Source: Haliotis cracherodii (taxonomy: Eukaryota). Taken from it: a stretch of 64,000 bases of DNA. Location: assembly GCF_022045235.1 (NCBI RefSeq), contig NW_027266265.1:248001-312000 (forward strand), given 5' to 3'. The notes below the pieces were generated by a model. That model had not been told where the DNA came from. It searched no databases and saw nothing but the letters and a program-made list of their open reading frames with translations. The position numbers and the translations under genes are program-made. Positions 12,815 through 24,850 of this stretch are shown here, in pieces; within the stretch, counting starts at the first letter, position 1, and each line of letters starts with the position of its first letter.

Positions 12815-15800
12815 AAAAGTCTCTGTACAGCAACGAAGAGCGACCTTTCTAGCTAAGTTCATCTACCTATCTCCGCTTACCCCTTAATACATACTTTTTC
12901 TCTCATTGGTCAACGCGCCCCCCCTTCCCCCCCACCCCCTCCCCCCCCCCCCCCCCCCCCCCCCCCCACACACACCCACACCCACACATCACCCTCACGC
13001 TTCACCAGACCCATCAATAGAAAAAAACACTTCCCAGGTCCCACTCCGCACACAATACAAACTCCGACCCCTTGGAATTCGGCAAAGACTTGGAAGACCT
13101 CATCTCCCCCCACCCCCCGTTCACAACAACCACCCCCTACAACAACAACAACCAAACCAAAACACATTCTTCTAGCCTTCTCTACCACATCCACGCCACT
13201 CAATGACACATACTCAATTAATAAAACCACACCCTACAAATACGTAAACAACTGTGGCAGAAGTTTTCCCCTCACAAGACACGCTAAATCATGCACGCAA
13301 ACACCCAAGCATCGACAGACTCAACATTACATGGCAGACACCAAAATGGCTAACACAGATCCAAGGTGTCCTACATAGAGACCACAGGGACACACAAGAA
13401 GGCATTACAGAGTACATCCATGCGCGTTGCAAACAAACTCACAACCCACCCACAGATCACAGATTTCAAGTACATAAACAACAGAACACCAATCCCAGAC
13501 AGGCCAACCACACAAACAGTATTCTTAACCTTCAAATCTACCACATTACCAACTCACATAGTTTTCGGTGCATTAGGAAACATCCAACATAATGCAACAT
13601 ATGTCACGCATTTACACACACAACAGCAACATACACACAACCGCCCATGTGCCAGAAATGTGGACCGTTTAGACATGAAGCCATTGAGTGCACATGGGCC
13701 CCATCCTGCATTCACTGCGACTCAGAGGGTCATACTGCTACCCAAAACACCTGCTGAATCAAACTTCGCATAAACAAACATATCAACAAACCAGCCAAAC
13801 ACCATCACGTACAACACCAACCATACCTGAATACGGTGACACAGACCTCACATTATCCTGCTCCCACCCTTCAACACAAATTCCACGCATACAACACCTG
13901 ACAAAGCATCCAAATGCATCCACACAACAACAAAAAAAATTGGCACACACACCTGTACTATAGTGGAGCACAGAGATTATTATATCAAGAAACTAAGGGA
14001 AAAGGCATTAAATGAAGCTAAACGTGACAACACTAAAATCCCTTTGGCAAGAAAACTTAGAAACTCAACGGAAGAACTCAAAAGAGCAGTCAAAAGTAAA
14101 CGTTGGGAAATGTTCACCTGCACTTTGAAAATGGGCAAACAAAACACTTAAATGCTATGGAAAAAAAATGAAAGCCATCAAAGGATTTTCACAAACATTC
14201 TCTGCCCCATATATTCTGAGCCTCAACACTAATGAGGAAAATGGTAATGCCATGGCTGCTCACTTTTCGGCCTCGAACGGCTCCGCCAACCACACTAAAC
14301 ATATACAAAACACAATAAAAAAATCAACCCAATTACACCGCCAGACCACCCCACATCCACCTACCATTCAACACATTTATAAATCTACATGAATTACTGT
14401 CTGCATTAAAACACAAGAACACCGCCCCAGCTACAGGCTCAGACAAAATATGTTACATAATACTAAATCATCCGCCTGTCAAAATTCAACAATTACTCCT
14501 ACAACTATACAATCAGATTTGAACCTCCGGAACAATACCTAAAACCTGGAAATCTGCTTTAACAGCAACGGTTCTTAAACCAGGGACCCCCAATTTACCA
14601 CCCAAACTTACACTAAAATATGAAATTATCACTATCCAAGAAGAAGCAAAGTTTCTAGGAATCACTCTTGAACAACAACTCACATTGGCTCCACCACATT
14701 GGTAACTTGGTCAACTCATGTCAAAAAGAAATTAACCTTATGAGAGCCGGTGCTATGGTGCTCCGGCCCTCCATTCTGTCACTGAAAAACTTGACAAAAA
14801 ATTAAATTCTATTCAGTATAAAGCAGTAAAAAGAACACTGGCTGTCAGAGCTGGTACTTCACTCAACGCATTATTAATACTGTCAGGCATCACATCAACA
14901 CAACTCAGACGCAATCAAACCACACTCAACTCCTGGGCTGGAGCACAACAAAGCCCAATCTACAAACACATCAGCCACAAATATCACAACTTAAGCCCTG
15001 CAATGCTTAAAAAAAATAAGGATAAATAAACCCATTTTTTTCTTATTATTTCTGACTATTTAGGCTCGATAAAACAAAATCGAAATTAACACTCGAAATA
15101 ACGCCCAGACATTATAAACAATATCATAGACATAAATTCCATTTTAACATCAAACAACAAAACAATAACATTACTATGGATACCCGGTCACACAGGCATA
15201 CAGGGGAATAACCTTGCAGATCTGGCAGCAAAATCAGTAACCACACACCCATCCCCCATAATAAACTTCAGCACCAGTAAATCCGATATTAAATCACTTA
15301 CAAGTATCACCAAAAAAACCCCACATAGTCAAAAGTCAAAATTTTAAAAATCGTAAATCCACATGGACAAAGTCCCTTTTCAAATAAGCCAGTTACAAAA
15401 TGCCGCAAGTTTACGAAGTCGGTCCTTTCAGATAAAGTAATAAATAGAATCCATAGCACTATAGCTAGATTCCTTAAATACACTAATCTACAAGACATGC
15501 CAATCCCAAACAATTTACCAGCCTTGAAACTAGAGCTATAAATCTTCACTTTTTAAGATTCGGATCAAGATCGAAATTCTAAGCCGCAAAATTGCTCCAT
15601 ACCCATACACGAATAGTAAGACCCTCTTTACCAGCCTCCCAGCCAAGGCCAAAGCCACTGCTAGCCGGCCACCGACACACACACTCACGCCTGACCCCCC
15701 GCAACTAGTCCCCAGGTTTGTAAGTATAGGTTACTCAGTCATCGCCTTTTTCTTTTGCTATAGATTATATATATAGATTAGATTAATCTACATATATAAT

Positions 15801-16056
15801 CTATATAACGACATTACTCCATACTTAGTACTATTGTATTTTATGTTACAGATTAGGCCTCCTCACAGCTCTCCATTGCCTTTAACTTCTCTTATGCCCC
15901 CAAAACCTCTTTATTATTTTCATTTTTCTAAACTTTACAGTTTTTGTGGCCAGACGTTTACTCATTCTTGCCCATTATTCATGATTAACTTAAAACCCGA
16001 CTGGCCCTGACTGCGACATAGCCAATGGCTGAAGCGGTCGTAAAATTCCCCAAACA
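12815..16056 (+). mobile_element. Degenerate, internally deleted I/Nimb-clade LINE (ORF1 Zn knuckles, RT pieces, RNase H, 3' tail)
   Basis: CQKCGPFRHEAIEC and CIHCDSEGH (~13650-13735); LWIPGHTGIQGNNLADLAAK (~15174-15235); tail GACTGC..AGCCAATGGCT-GAA-GCGGTC-GTAAAA (~16010-16046). Confidence 0.8.
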
Positions 16057-16981
16057 GACGTGTCTATTCAGTATTTCGGCCGTGGCGCAGCAAACAGTTG
16101 AATGAACAAATAATGGTAGTGGTCACGTGACTGACAGGACATTTGCTAAATTACAACTCTTAGAAATCTTACAGGAAATGTGTTTGATAAAGACAGCTGC
16201 CACTACATCACATCATAGTATTTACATGATATAAGTAGAGTAAACTGTACATTACTTGGTGATTTACGTATGTATTGTCTAAATGTAGCATCTATTTCTT
16301 TCTTGGGTCAGCTAAGCTTCGCAGATAACAGAACATGGAACTCGCCTTCAATTAACCCATATTTACAACATGTACAAATATGATATGAATAGTCCATGTC
16401 TTTGTTCTTTCCTATGTGTATTTTTAGAACAAGGTATAGAGATTCTAAACTTACATTTCACGCGGAGATGGGATTTATCATTTAATGTTAAATATTTCCC
16501 AGGTTCAAACAGATTTAAAGGAAGCATGATGTGAAATAAAGCGAGGAGATTTAATACTTTCCCGCCGATCCCGAACGGAAATATCAACGAGTCTTTTTTT
16601 TAAAGGTAGAAACAACTGATAACTCCTCCCCAACATCTTGGGCAATCCAAAGAGGAAAAGCCACAAGAAAATAATAATATTCTGACATCGGATGCACCTG
16701 TATCTTTACCTCTATCATCTAAAGATACCAGCAATAGGCAACTCTGGTACGGATAACGACAATGTGATATACAAGCAAGTTTATTCCAATAGTAAATTAC
16801 TTTCATCTAGGTTTCCTCTATTATAGCCTTATTTGAAGCCAACTTTCCAACAGCAAGAAATCTTTAAAACATGAGCAGCAAGCGTTTTACAGGCCACTGA
16901 CCAATTTAACCGAGAGGAAAACATTAAAGCTACATATTTATGATAGGAAACAACTCTTATATTTACAAATATATACAGACC

Positions 16982-17250
16982 GACCCGTGAGGATCCGGGA
17001 TAGAATAGGTCTTCAGCAACCCATGCTTGCTGTAAAAGGCGACTATGCGTGTCGTAAGAGGCGGCTACTGGGATCGGGGGTCAGGCTCGCTGACTTGGTT
17101 GATGCAGGACATCGTATCCCAATTACGTGGGTCAATGCTCATGATGTCAATCACTAGATTGTCTGGTCCAAACTCGATTATATACAGACCGCCGTTATAT
17201 AGCTGGAATATTGCTGGGTGCACCGTTAAAAACAAACAAAAAAAACAAAA
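16982..17250 (+). mobile_element. Structured SINE-like element (family X), full length
   Basis: GACCCGTGAGGATCCGGG..GGCGACT..CTAGATTGTCTGGTCCA..GCTGGAATATTGCTG..(AAAC)n; matches about 13 other copies in the window. Confidence 0.9.
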
Positions 17251-17927
17251 AAACCCGAAACGATCACTTTTCCTTTTGTGCAACTATACCACCATTTCTA
17301 AATACAACTTTATTTTTTAAAAATGACAATGTCTAGAATAAGATCTAGCCCCAAGTGTCATAAAACTGCTGTAGAGCGCGCAGTTTCTTTTGTAGACCAT
17401 TCACTGTATAAGAAAACATAACTATATCATCAATAAATAAAAGTAAAAATAGATCCTTAATTCCTTGAATTACAAATATCCCATTACTACATTTGTCGAT
17501 GACATTCTTTAGTATGTAACATATATAAAAGCGTTTTCCTCTCTAAATGGTCGAATGTCACCTTATCGTCTATGAAGGCCCCGTGAAAACGGCCTACTCA
17601 CCTACAGAGATATTCAGATCACAGAGCTTTTTAAAACGATTTTCTAAAATGCTTGTAAATAGTTTACCCGAGATATCTATAAAAGAAATGTTTCTGTAGT
17701 TAGATTGTTCACTCAATTTACCGGATTTAAACAAAGGAACGACCATACCTATGTTCCATACTGTAGGGGATATATAATGCCGTGTTAAAATAGATCTCTC
17801 AAATAATAAGCTGGGAAAGCACCAAAAAATACCGCCTTCACCCGCCGCCTTGTTCTATTTTAACTCATTACTACACTTTAACACTTCTTCATCAGTAATA
17901 TCACAAGACAACATCTCCGAGCAGAAG

Positions 17928-18152
17928 GTTTTGGTTGATTGCACTCAACAATTTTCCAGCTATATGACGGCGGTCTGTAAATAATCGAGTCTGGACCAGA
18001 CAATCCAGTGATTAATATCGTGAGCATCGATCCACGCAAATGGGGTCGAAGACATGCATCAACCAAGTCAGCAGGCCTGACCACCCGATGCCGTTAGTCG
18101 CCTTGTACGACAAGCATAGTCGCCTTTTACGGCAAGCATGGGTTGCTGAAGA
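17928..18152 (-). mobile_element. Family X SINE-like copy, 5' truncated
   Basis: Reverse complement of the family X body. Confidence 0.9.
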
Positions 18153-19061
18153 AATATCTTATCCACTGTTACAGATGTTAGAATTACTATAATTATATAC
18201 TGTTGTATCGAAGCTAGACAGTAATATTTTGTCTTTACAATTTCATTCCTTATAGTAACCAGACCATTGTTGAGGCCTTATATAGCATCGTCCCTCCCCT
18301 AGATTTTGACATATAGGCTTGAGAGCGCTCCAGAATGATTTGCAGTCTGATTTCATTGCCGCTTCCATAATATCCTCTGCCTCATCAAATTCATAATTTT
18401 CACTATTTAACTGGCAAACGAGGTTTTATTCCCAGGGGAAGGGTTTTAAATATCATAAGACCCCGAGGACTTATCTAACTTATAAACAGAGAAAAAGAAT
18501 CTTAAAACAACATTTATCAACAGTTTTATGTTCCAAATATATATACTTTCCATTTACCTTAGGAAAAAGGCGTAAAATATCTGTTGCTGGCGTACGGTTC
18601 TTGAAAAAGGCATTGTAAAACGCATTGTGATTTATCGACGCCTCTGTGGCCTGGTGGTACACTCACTGAGCTACAGACACAAAGGCTGCTTGTCCGATCC
18701 TCGGGACATGTTATGGGACTCAGAACCCAACCACATAGGTTTTGCTTTTACCGTGGAATGGAATGGAGGCCTCTGATTGCTCCTTTAAATCCCCTATTTC
18801 ATATAATCTTCAGATGAAAAACAGAAGATTATGTCTTCCAATGCGATTGCAGAGGTACGTTTGGGTACTCATGTTGACATTATCATACGACTGCGGGGGG
18901 TATTTAATTCCCCATAGGACAGTTCTAGTTAGCTTATGGCTAGTTATAAAGGCATATGTGACGTATTGCCATCAGTCTTTGTATGGCGTGCGTCATCCGT
19001 CATGCGACATCTATTTACAATCTAATACGATTTATTCAAAAATATTTTGAAAGATAGCACT

Positions 19062-19290
19062 TATAGCTCACCTGGTACGAAGTCCCGCGGTGGGCTCATG
19101 GCGCTCCATCCGTCGAAAGTCATCAACATTAACTAAAACAAATATCTTCTCTTATCCTACCCGGTAAGTTTAACCAAACATCGCAGGAAGTTTCCACAAG
19201 GAGTGCCTGGGCGGGCCAAATGGATTTCAATGACTACAAAATATTTAAATAACATTTCCACTAATATATGCATTCTATCGTAATAAAAGC
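19062..19290 (+). mobile_element. Helentron-associated (HINE/pearl-like) non-autonomous element fragment
   Basis: AGCTCACC..GGTGGGCT subterminal hairpin, then a CCATCCGTCG microsatellite remnant and an ATCTTCTC..AACCAAAC core typical of these elements. Confidence 0.5.
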
Positions 19291-19857
19291 GGTCATAGAG
19301 ATGGAGTATTGCTGAGTTTACAGCGTTAAACAACACACAAACAAAAATATTGTAATAAAAAATAACTGTTCATGGTTATTTTTTACTCGACACGGTACTT
19401 GTGAAACCGACGGGGTTTTTAAAACAAAAACATCATTGTATTCGAATTCCTGTCGTTTTTAATAATATAAATCTGGTGTATGCTTAACTGTCATAAGCGT
19501 GATACTGCTTCAAAGTGTCCATTATTTTATGCCCAAAACTCTGTTAATGAACTATTCTAACAAACCACCACCATCTACGACTTGGTCTGGCCTGCTCCAA
19601 ACTGACGCCACCGAAAAGTCGCATCCACTGAAGCAGTTGTAGGTTCACGGGCATTGTGGTCGAGTTTCCATAACACATATACATATTAAACGAAATAACT
19701 ACATCTGAATCAACCAGAGTCCTCCTTTCCGTCGCTGTGGTATTAGGATAGTAATGGAAAAGAGGTTGCCTTGTAAAGTATCGTGAGATAACCAATAAGT
19801 TGGATAGAAATCGGTTATAAAGCTCAGGGGTCATAACTCTTTCATGAATGTCCGATA

Positions 19858-20125
19858 AGTTGGTTGGTTGATTTTTTGTTTAACGCCGCACTGAGCAATA
19901 TTACAGCTATGACGGCGGTCTGTAAATAATCGAGTCTGGGCCAGACAATCCAGTGATTAATATCATGAGCATCGATCCACGCAATTAGGATCGATGACAT
20001 GCATCAACCAAGTCAGCTAGTCTGACCACCCGATCCCGTTAGTCGCCTTTTACGACAAACATAGTCACCTTTTACGGCAAGCATGGGTTGCTGAAGACCT
20101 ATTCTAACCCGGAATCTTCACGGGC
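19858..20125 (-). mobile_element. Family X SINE-like copy, full length
   Basis: Reverse complement of the family consensus with a (CCAA)n tail. Confidence 0.9.
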
Positions 20126-20309
20126 TAAATCTACAAAGGGAACGTCATATCGTTGATTGTGACGCAAAATATATGAAAAAGCTCTCTGTTGTCCACAAAA
20201 TCTTAAAATACATTCCCTTTAAATCTACAAAGGGAGTGTATTTTAAGATTTTGTGGACAACAGAGAGCTCTTTTTCATATATTTTGCGTCACAATGAACG
20301 ATATGACGT
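20126..20309. repeat. ~80-bp-arm near-perfect palindrome with a 16-bp direct repeat
   Basis: Arms 20142-20220 and 20229-20309 (2 substitutions plus one 2-nt indel), 8-nt spacer. TAAATCTACAAAGGGA at 20126 and 20220. Confidence 0.95.
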
Positions 20310-21599
20310 CATAATAGTGACGTGCGTAAATGGCAACATTTGAAACCTCGCGGTGCGCGTTCGGTTCCAAGTTTAATTTAGCGCGGTTAAATCTACAGGT
20401 AACCTAGAGGTACACTGAAATCACAGTATGTTTGTCTCCTAATTCCTAATTCTCTCTGTTGATTTCTATCGTGTTTTCTGTATGAAATGTATTGCCACAC
20501 ATCCTTTAAATATTGTAGTAACCGCAACATTGCATTCTGAAACCTATAATTGTAGATATATTTATTTAAATATGCTTACCGACAATGACTAAAAGTACTA
20601 TTCTATGAATATTAGCTTCCATGGTAATCTGGTCGTCAAATCGTCCGTTTCAACTAGAGGAGGTTCATCCTATTACATCTGCTTGACCAAACAGAATCGA
20701 GTAATTTCCAAATTAATGGTAGAATGATTAATACCCATAGTGTAATTTATTGCGTGGAAAAATATGTGAAACTTAAAACTTAATTCACCTCAAAGAAATT
20801 ACCAAATATGTAAAACAATGTTTGGCTTACGTTATGGACATCACCCGGCCTATCGTGACCGACGTTTACAAAATGACGTGTTCACTAACAACAGTACTCG
20901 GGGTTCTCAGAGGAAGATTTTCGTTGATTCAGGGTTCGAATATATACATATAAGTGTCAGGTAAATAATCAGAAACCACGACCATTTGTCATTTGATTCT
21001 AACATGCCAGAGGAATTCAGCTATTTATGTATCGCATCGGGGCATGAAGATGTATTTTGTAAACACTATCCAATCTGGTGGAAATGAATACACAATGCCA
21101 TTTAGAAAGTGGTCAAATGTAACAAATGTTATATTTGGGATAACGCTTCCTTAGGAAAGTACAAATTCTAGTACTGTTTATGGTTAAGTCCCAACCGAGA
21201 TTCGACTCGTAGAGTGAGGCACACGAAGTCAGCGATCTAACCCACTTAGACACCGAGGCTTTCACAAAAAATAAAATATGTAATATGAAAAATGAAGTAA
21301 TATGTCAATAATGGCGAGATTTCCGATGTACCTAATTTTCAGAGTTCGTGTTCAGTAATTTTGTTTTGTCTAAAAAGGTAAAATATACAATTTACGTTCG
21401 ATATAACACGTAGTCCAGCCAGCAATGTTCCAGAAAACGGGACAAAAGTTGAAATGTTGTGTACAGGGGAAGACCAGAAGATTACACGATCAGTTCATCA
21501 AAACAAAAATAAAAATAAAGTCAACCTTTCCTTCTTTCACAAACTGCGAATATCTTACTAAAACAGACACTGTATCCTAACTTGTGCAAACAATTTGAA

Positions 21600-22220
21600 A
21601 TATTGAATTTGTTTAAAGTTTAATTTTTAGAAAGCATTAGGAAGCCTTTTGGGCCCATCTTCAGACAAAGTAAACATCCTGTATATATTCAAAGACAGGA
21701 GACGAACACACCATAATGATACATAAGAACATGATCATCGTTTCTTTTATCTTTGAGTATACATCGTTTGGGTTCAGTGGTTGTCGTTGACATGAAACAA
21801 AGAATTAATTCTTTTTAAGCATATGCATGAGAATATATCGATCATAATTACAAGCTGCTTTGTTCCAAGTGCAGGAGATGCACAATGTACGATCAAATAA
21901 TTGTCTAAGTTTCCAATATTACTTGAACGTACTACAGGAAAACGTTTGACGAGTCTTACTTCAGTTTATAACTATAACCGAACTTTAGAAACTGAGAGAT
22001 GGAGACAAATAGCTTAACACCGAAAGAAAGTGTCCACTTTGCAAACTATCTAACGTAGGTGATGAATTCCATTCTTTCTTTCCTTCTGCATATTCAAAAC
22101 CCCCGAAAGAAAACACTGTTTTACACAGACTTCACTACATTAGACCAAATATGTATACAAAGGACTTGCTTTTCAATAATCCACGACATTGAGAAAAGTT
22201 CCCAAATTGTGTTACCTCAG
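21600..22220 (+). pseudogene. RTE-X-like LINE 3' fragment
   Basis: LETERW..ERKCPLCKLSNVGDEFH (~21985-22075). Confidence 0.6.
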
Positions 22221-22389
22221 TGAATCTGTATATCTATCAGACATTCAGTAGGAAAAACTGTATTAAATACTTCTATCAAAATTAGAGTAGTAGATGCTAT
22301 CTTATCGATTATGGTCTGAATATATGTGGAGCGATCTGATGGGGGATTAGATTTTTTACATTGTCATCAAATTCCTGTCCTTTTTTTAA

Positions 22390-22900
22390 CAAAGAGGGAG
22401 TAACTGTTGTTTTACACAGGCAGCCTCAGGTCCACCAATGGCTGTTGGCCTTTGTTATCATCCAAGCCATCGAAGCAGGGTGGGGAAGCAGCCATAAAAT
22501 GTCACACATCACTCCACAAGAGGATCAATGACCAGCAAAGGGTTTCCATAGAGTACACATACACCAAAGTGTCTCCCGGCCCTTCCCCTAAACATCCAAG
22601 TGTCTCGCCAGAAACATCCATGAAAACTCACATCAGCGCACTGACTCGTTTATTAATTTATGAACACTGTAACATGCGTGTGGCATTGCAAAGTTTTATT
22701 ACTGACAAGACCAACATCTGTGTTCATGAGGAGATCCGATCATCTGCTGGAAGCGTCTTTCAGGAATGGGTGTCGTGAAGTCTGTATCAATGAATTATAG
22801 GAAAAATTATGTTTCTGTAATCAATTACATGTTGATGAGAAAGTATAACAAAAAACCTCCTCCAGAATTTGTTCATCAACAGTTGCTAAAGTGATCTGTG
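22390..22900 (-). pseudogene. Possible piggyBac-like transposase C-terminal relic
   Basis: KFWRRF..YFLINM and a decayed Cys-rich ..PCF tail, with multiple frameshifts. Confidence 0.25.
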
Positions 22901-22979
22901 AAAACCTGTTAAAGGCGCTAGAATCTTTTATGATAAATAAATATGAAATGAATATAATCTTAAACTTTGTGATAATGGC

Positions 22980-23480
22980 AATCAATTTTTGACTGAGTTT
23001 AATTGGAAAAAATATATATACTGTTTATAGATGTAAACTGAAGCATGTAAAACTTTTAGATTTTCAATACAGATACATGGAATTATCCACACAAAGAAGG
23101 AACTATTAACAATGAATCTTGTAGACGTTATTGTATGTAGCTTTTGTAATGCTTTCAATGAGGACATCGGCCATGTCTTTTGGAAATGTAATGAAACAAT
23201 TGATCTCGAACTTTGGCTTAATAATTACCTTTCACAAAAAATAAATTGACAAAATATGTTATTTGGCGTGGTTCCAACTACTTTAATACTTTAATCAATC
23301 ATACACTTACATTGGGGAAAAAGGCTTGTCTCTGGCTTCAAAGGAATCAAACGGAAAATAGATATACTTAAACACGTATTTTCAATCGAAAAATGTATTG
23401 CTATAAAAAATTATGACAAAATTAACTTTAACAAAAAATGGTCAATTATATTCTCAGCATTTGATTCTTAACTCTCTGTT
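22980..23480 (+). pseudogene. Tx1/L1 ORF2 C-terminal fragment
   Basis: FRFSIQIHGIIHTK and CSFCNAFNEDIGHVFWKC. Confidence 0.7.
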
Positions 23481-23689
23481 GATACATGCTATGGCTGGGT
23501 CTGATTGTCTGTTATGGTTTGACGGAATACTGTATTACTCCACACCTCAGGGAACAAAAACAGATTTTGAAATTAAAAGAAAAATAGAAAACTCGGCCAA
23601 CAAGGCGGACGGAAGTAACGAACAGGGTTGAATTTCCCTCCATACACTCTATAGGGAGATACCAAACAAGCGCGATGCTCAAACAGATC

Positions 23690-24015
23690 TGAAAAGAGAC
23701 ATGCATGCTACAACGGAAACCGTTTCAAATAGTCGTTTATCCAGCCTTGAAGGTGAGATGCTAGAGGAATACGAGTTCAAAACCTACATTGAGGACTACC
23801 ATAGACGCGGACGGCCATCGACGTCACCTCTAACTAAACCTCGACCTATCATCGCCAGGTTTTATTTAGGTCAACGAGGCTCCATATGCTAATTGAAGCA
23901 TGAAAAATTCTGATGGAAGATCTTTTTGTGTCAGAGAAGATCTTCCAAATAGGACCTCGAGGACAAAAACACTCCTATGGCACAGGCTTGGCAGGACAAG
24001 AAGAAAGTTCGGTTT
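23690..24015 (+). pseudogene. LINE ORF1-like fragment
   Basis: HRRGR..KPRPIIARF motif, similar to 8319..8633. Confidence 0.45.
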
Positions 24016-24103
24016 ATCAAGGGTTGTTCACAAACTGGATTCAGTACCGGCCGTAATGGGACAATCCTCGTGACTGCATGGAATAAGGGGCTATACTTGA
24101 TGG

Positions 24104-24294
24104 GACCCGTGAAGATCCGGGGTAGAATAGGTCTTCAGCAACCCATGTTTGCCGTAAAAGGCGACTATGCTTCTCGTGAAAGGCGACTAACGGGATCGGG
24201 TGGTCAGGCGCGCTGACTTGGTTGATGCATGTCATTGATCCCAATAGCGGGGATCGATGCTCATGATGTCAATTACTGGATTGTCTGGTCCAGA
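24104..24294 (+). mobile_element. Family X SINE-like copy, 3' part replaced
   Basis: Matches the family from GACCCGTG to GTCTGGTCCAGA. Confidence 0.9.
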
Positions 24295-24612
24295 GAGTTT
24301 TTTTCATATATTTTGCGTCACAATGAACGATATGACGTTCCCTTTGTAGATTTAGCCCGTGAAGATTCCGGGTTAGAATAGGTATTCAGCAACCCATGCT
24401 TGCCGTAAAAGGTGACTATGTTTGTCGTAAAAGGCGACTAACGGGATCGGGGAGTCAGACTAGCTGACTTGGTTGATGCATGTCATCGATCCTAATTGCG
24501 TGGATCGATGCCCATGGTATTAATCACTGGATTGTCTGGTCCAGACTCGATTATTTACAGATCGCCGTCATATTGCTGATTGCGGCGTTAAACAACAAAC
24601 CATCCAACCAAC
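24291..24612 (+). repeat. Inverted duplicate of 19860-20190 (family X copy plus ~65 nt of its 5' flank)
   Basis: Shares the flank ..TATGACGTTCCCTTTGTAGATTTAG and the variants GACTAGCTGAC, GATCCTAATTG and TATTAATCAC. Confidence 0.9.
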
Positions 24613-24850
24613 TATACTTGAAAATACAAGAAACAGACATAAAATCACTGTACTGGCCAAAGCTTTTCTTTTGTTGTTTTTCGCTGTTCCCTCATATTGA
24701 CATGTAGATGTTTCGCTCACATAAGAGGCAAAGTTGTTTTTGTTAAAATTAGGTGTTTTCATTGGTCTCCAGAATGTACAAAATAAAATTATATACTTGT
24801 ATTATTTGAGACCAGAAATTATATGCTTATTAATTTCTGAGCTGAAAAAA

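Larger units (their letters stand above)
16250..18480 (-). pseudogene. RTE-X-like LINE ORF2 relic interrupted by two SINE copies
   Basis: Minus strand reads WNIGMVVPLFKSG..NYRNISFIDISGKLFTSILENR, LLLFIDDIVMF and IEGEFHVLL. Clade assignment is tentative. Confidence 0.7.

Noticed and set aside
16982-17075. Canonical HDV-like fold for the family X head
   Set aside because: CTAA plus a closing helix resembles J4/2-P2, but I could not place P1, P3 and P1.1 in HDV order. Kept only as an unassigned pseudoknot.
19544-19834. Host exon or small protein (96-aa ORF)
   Set aside because: No recognisable domain or supporting splice context.
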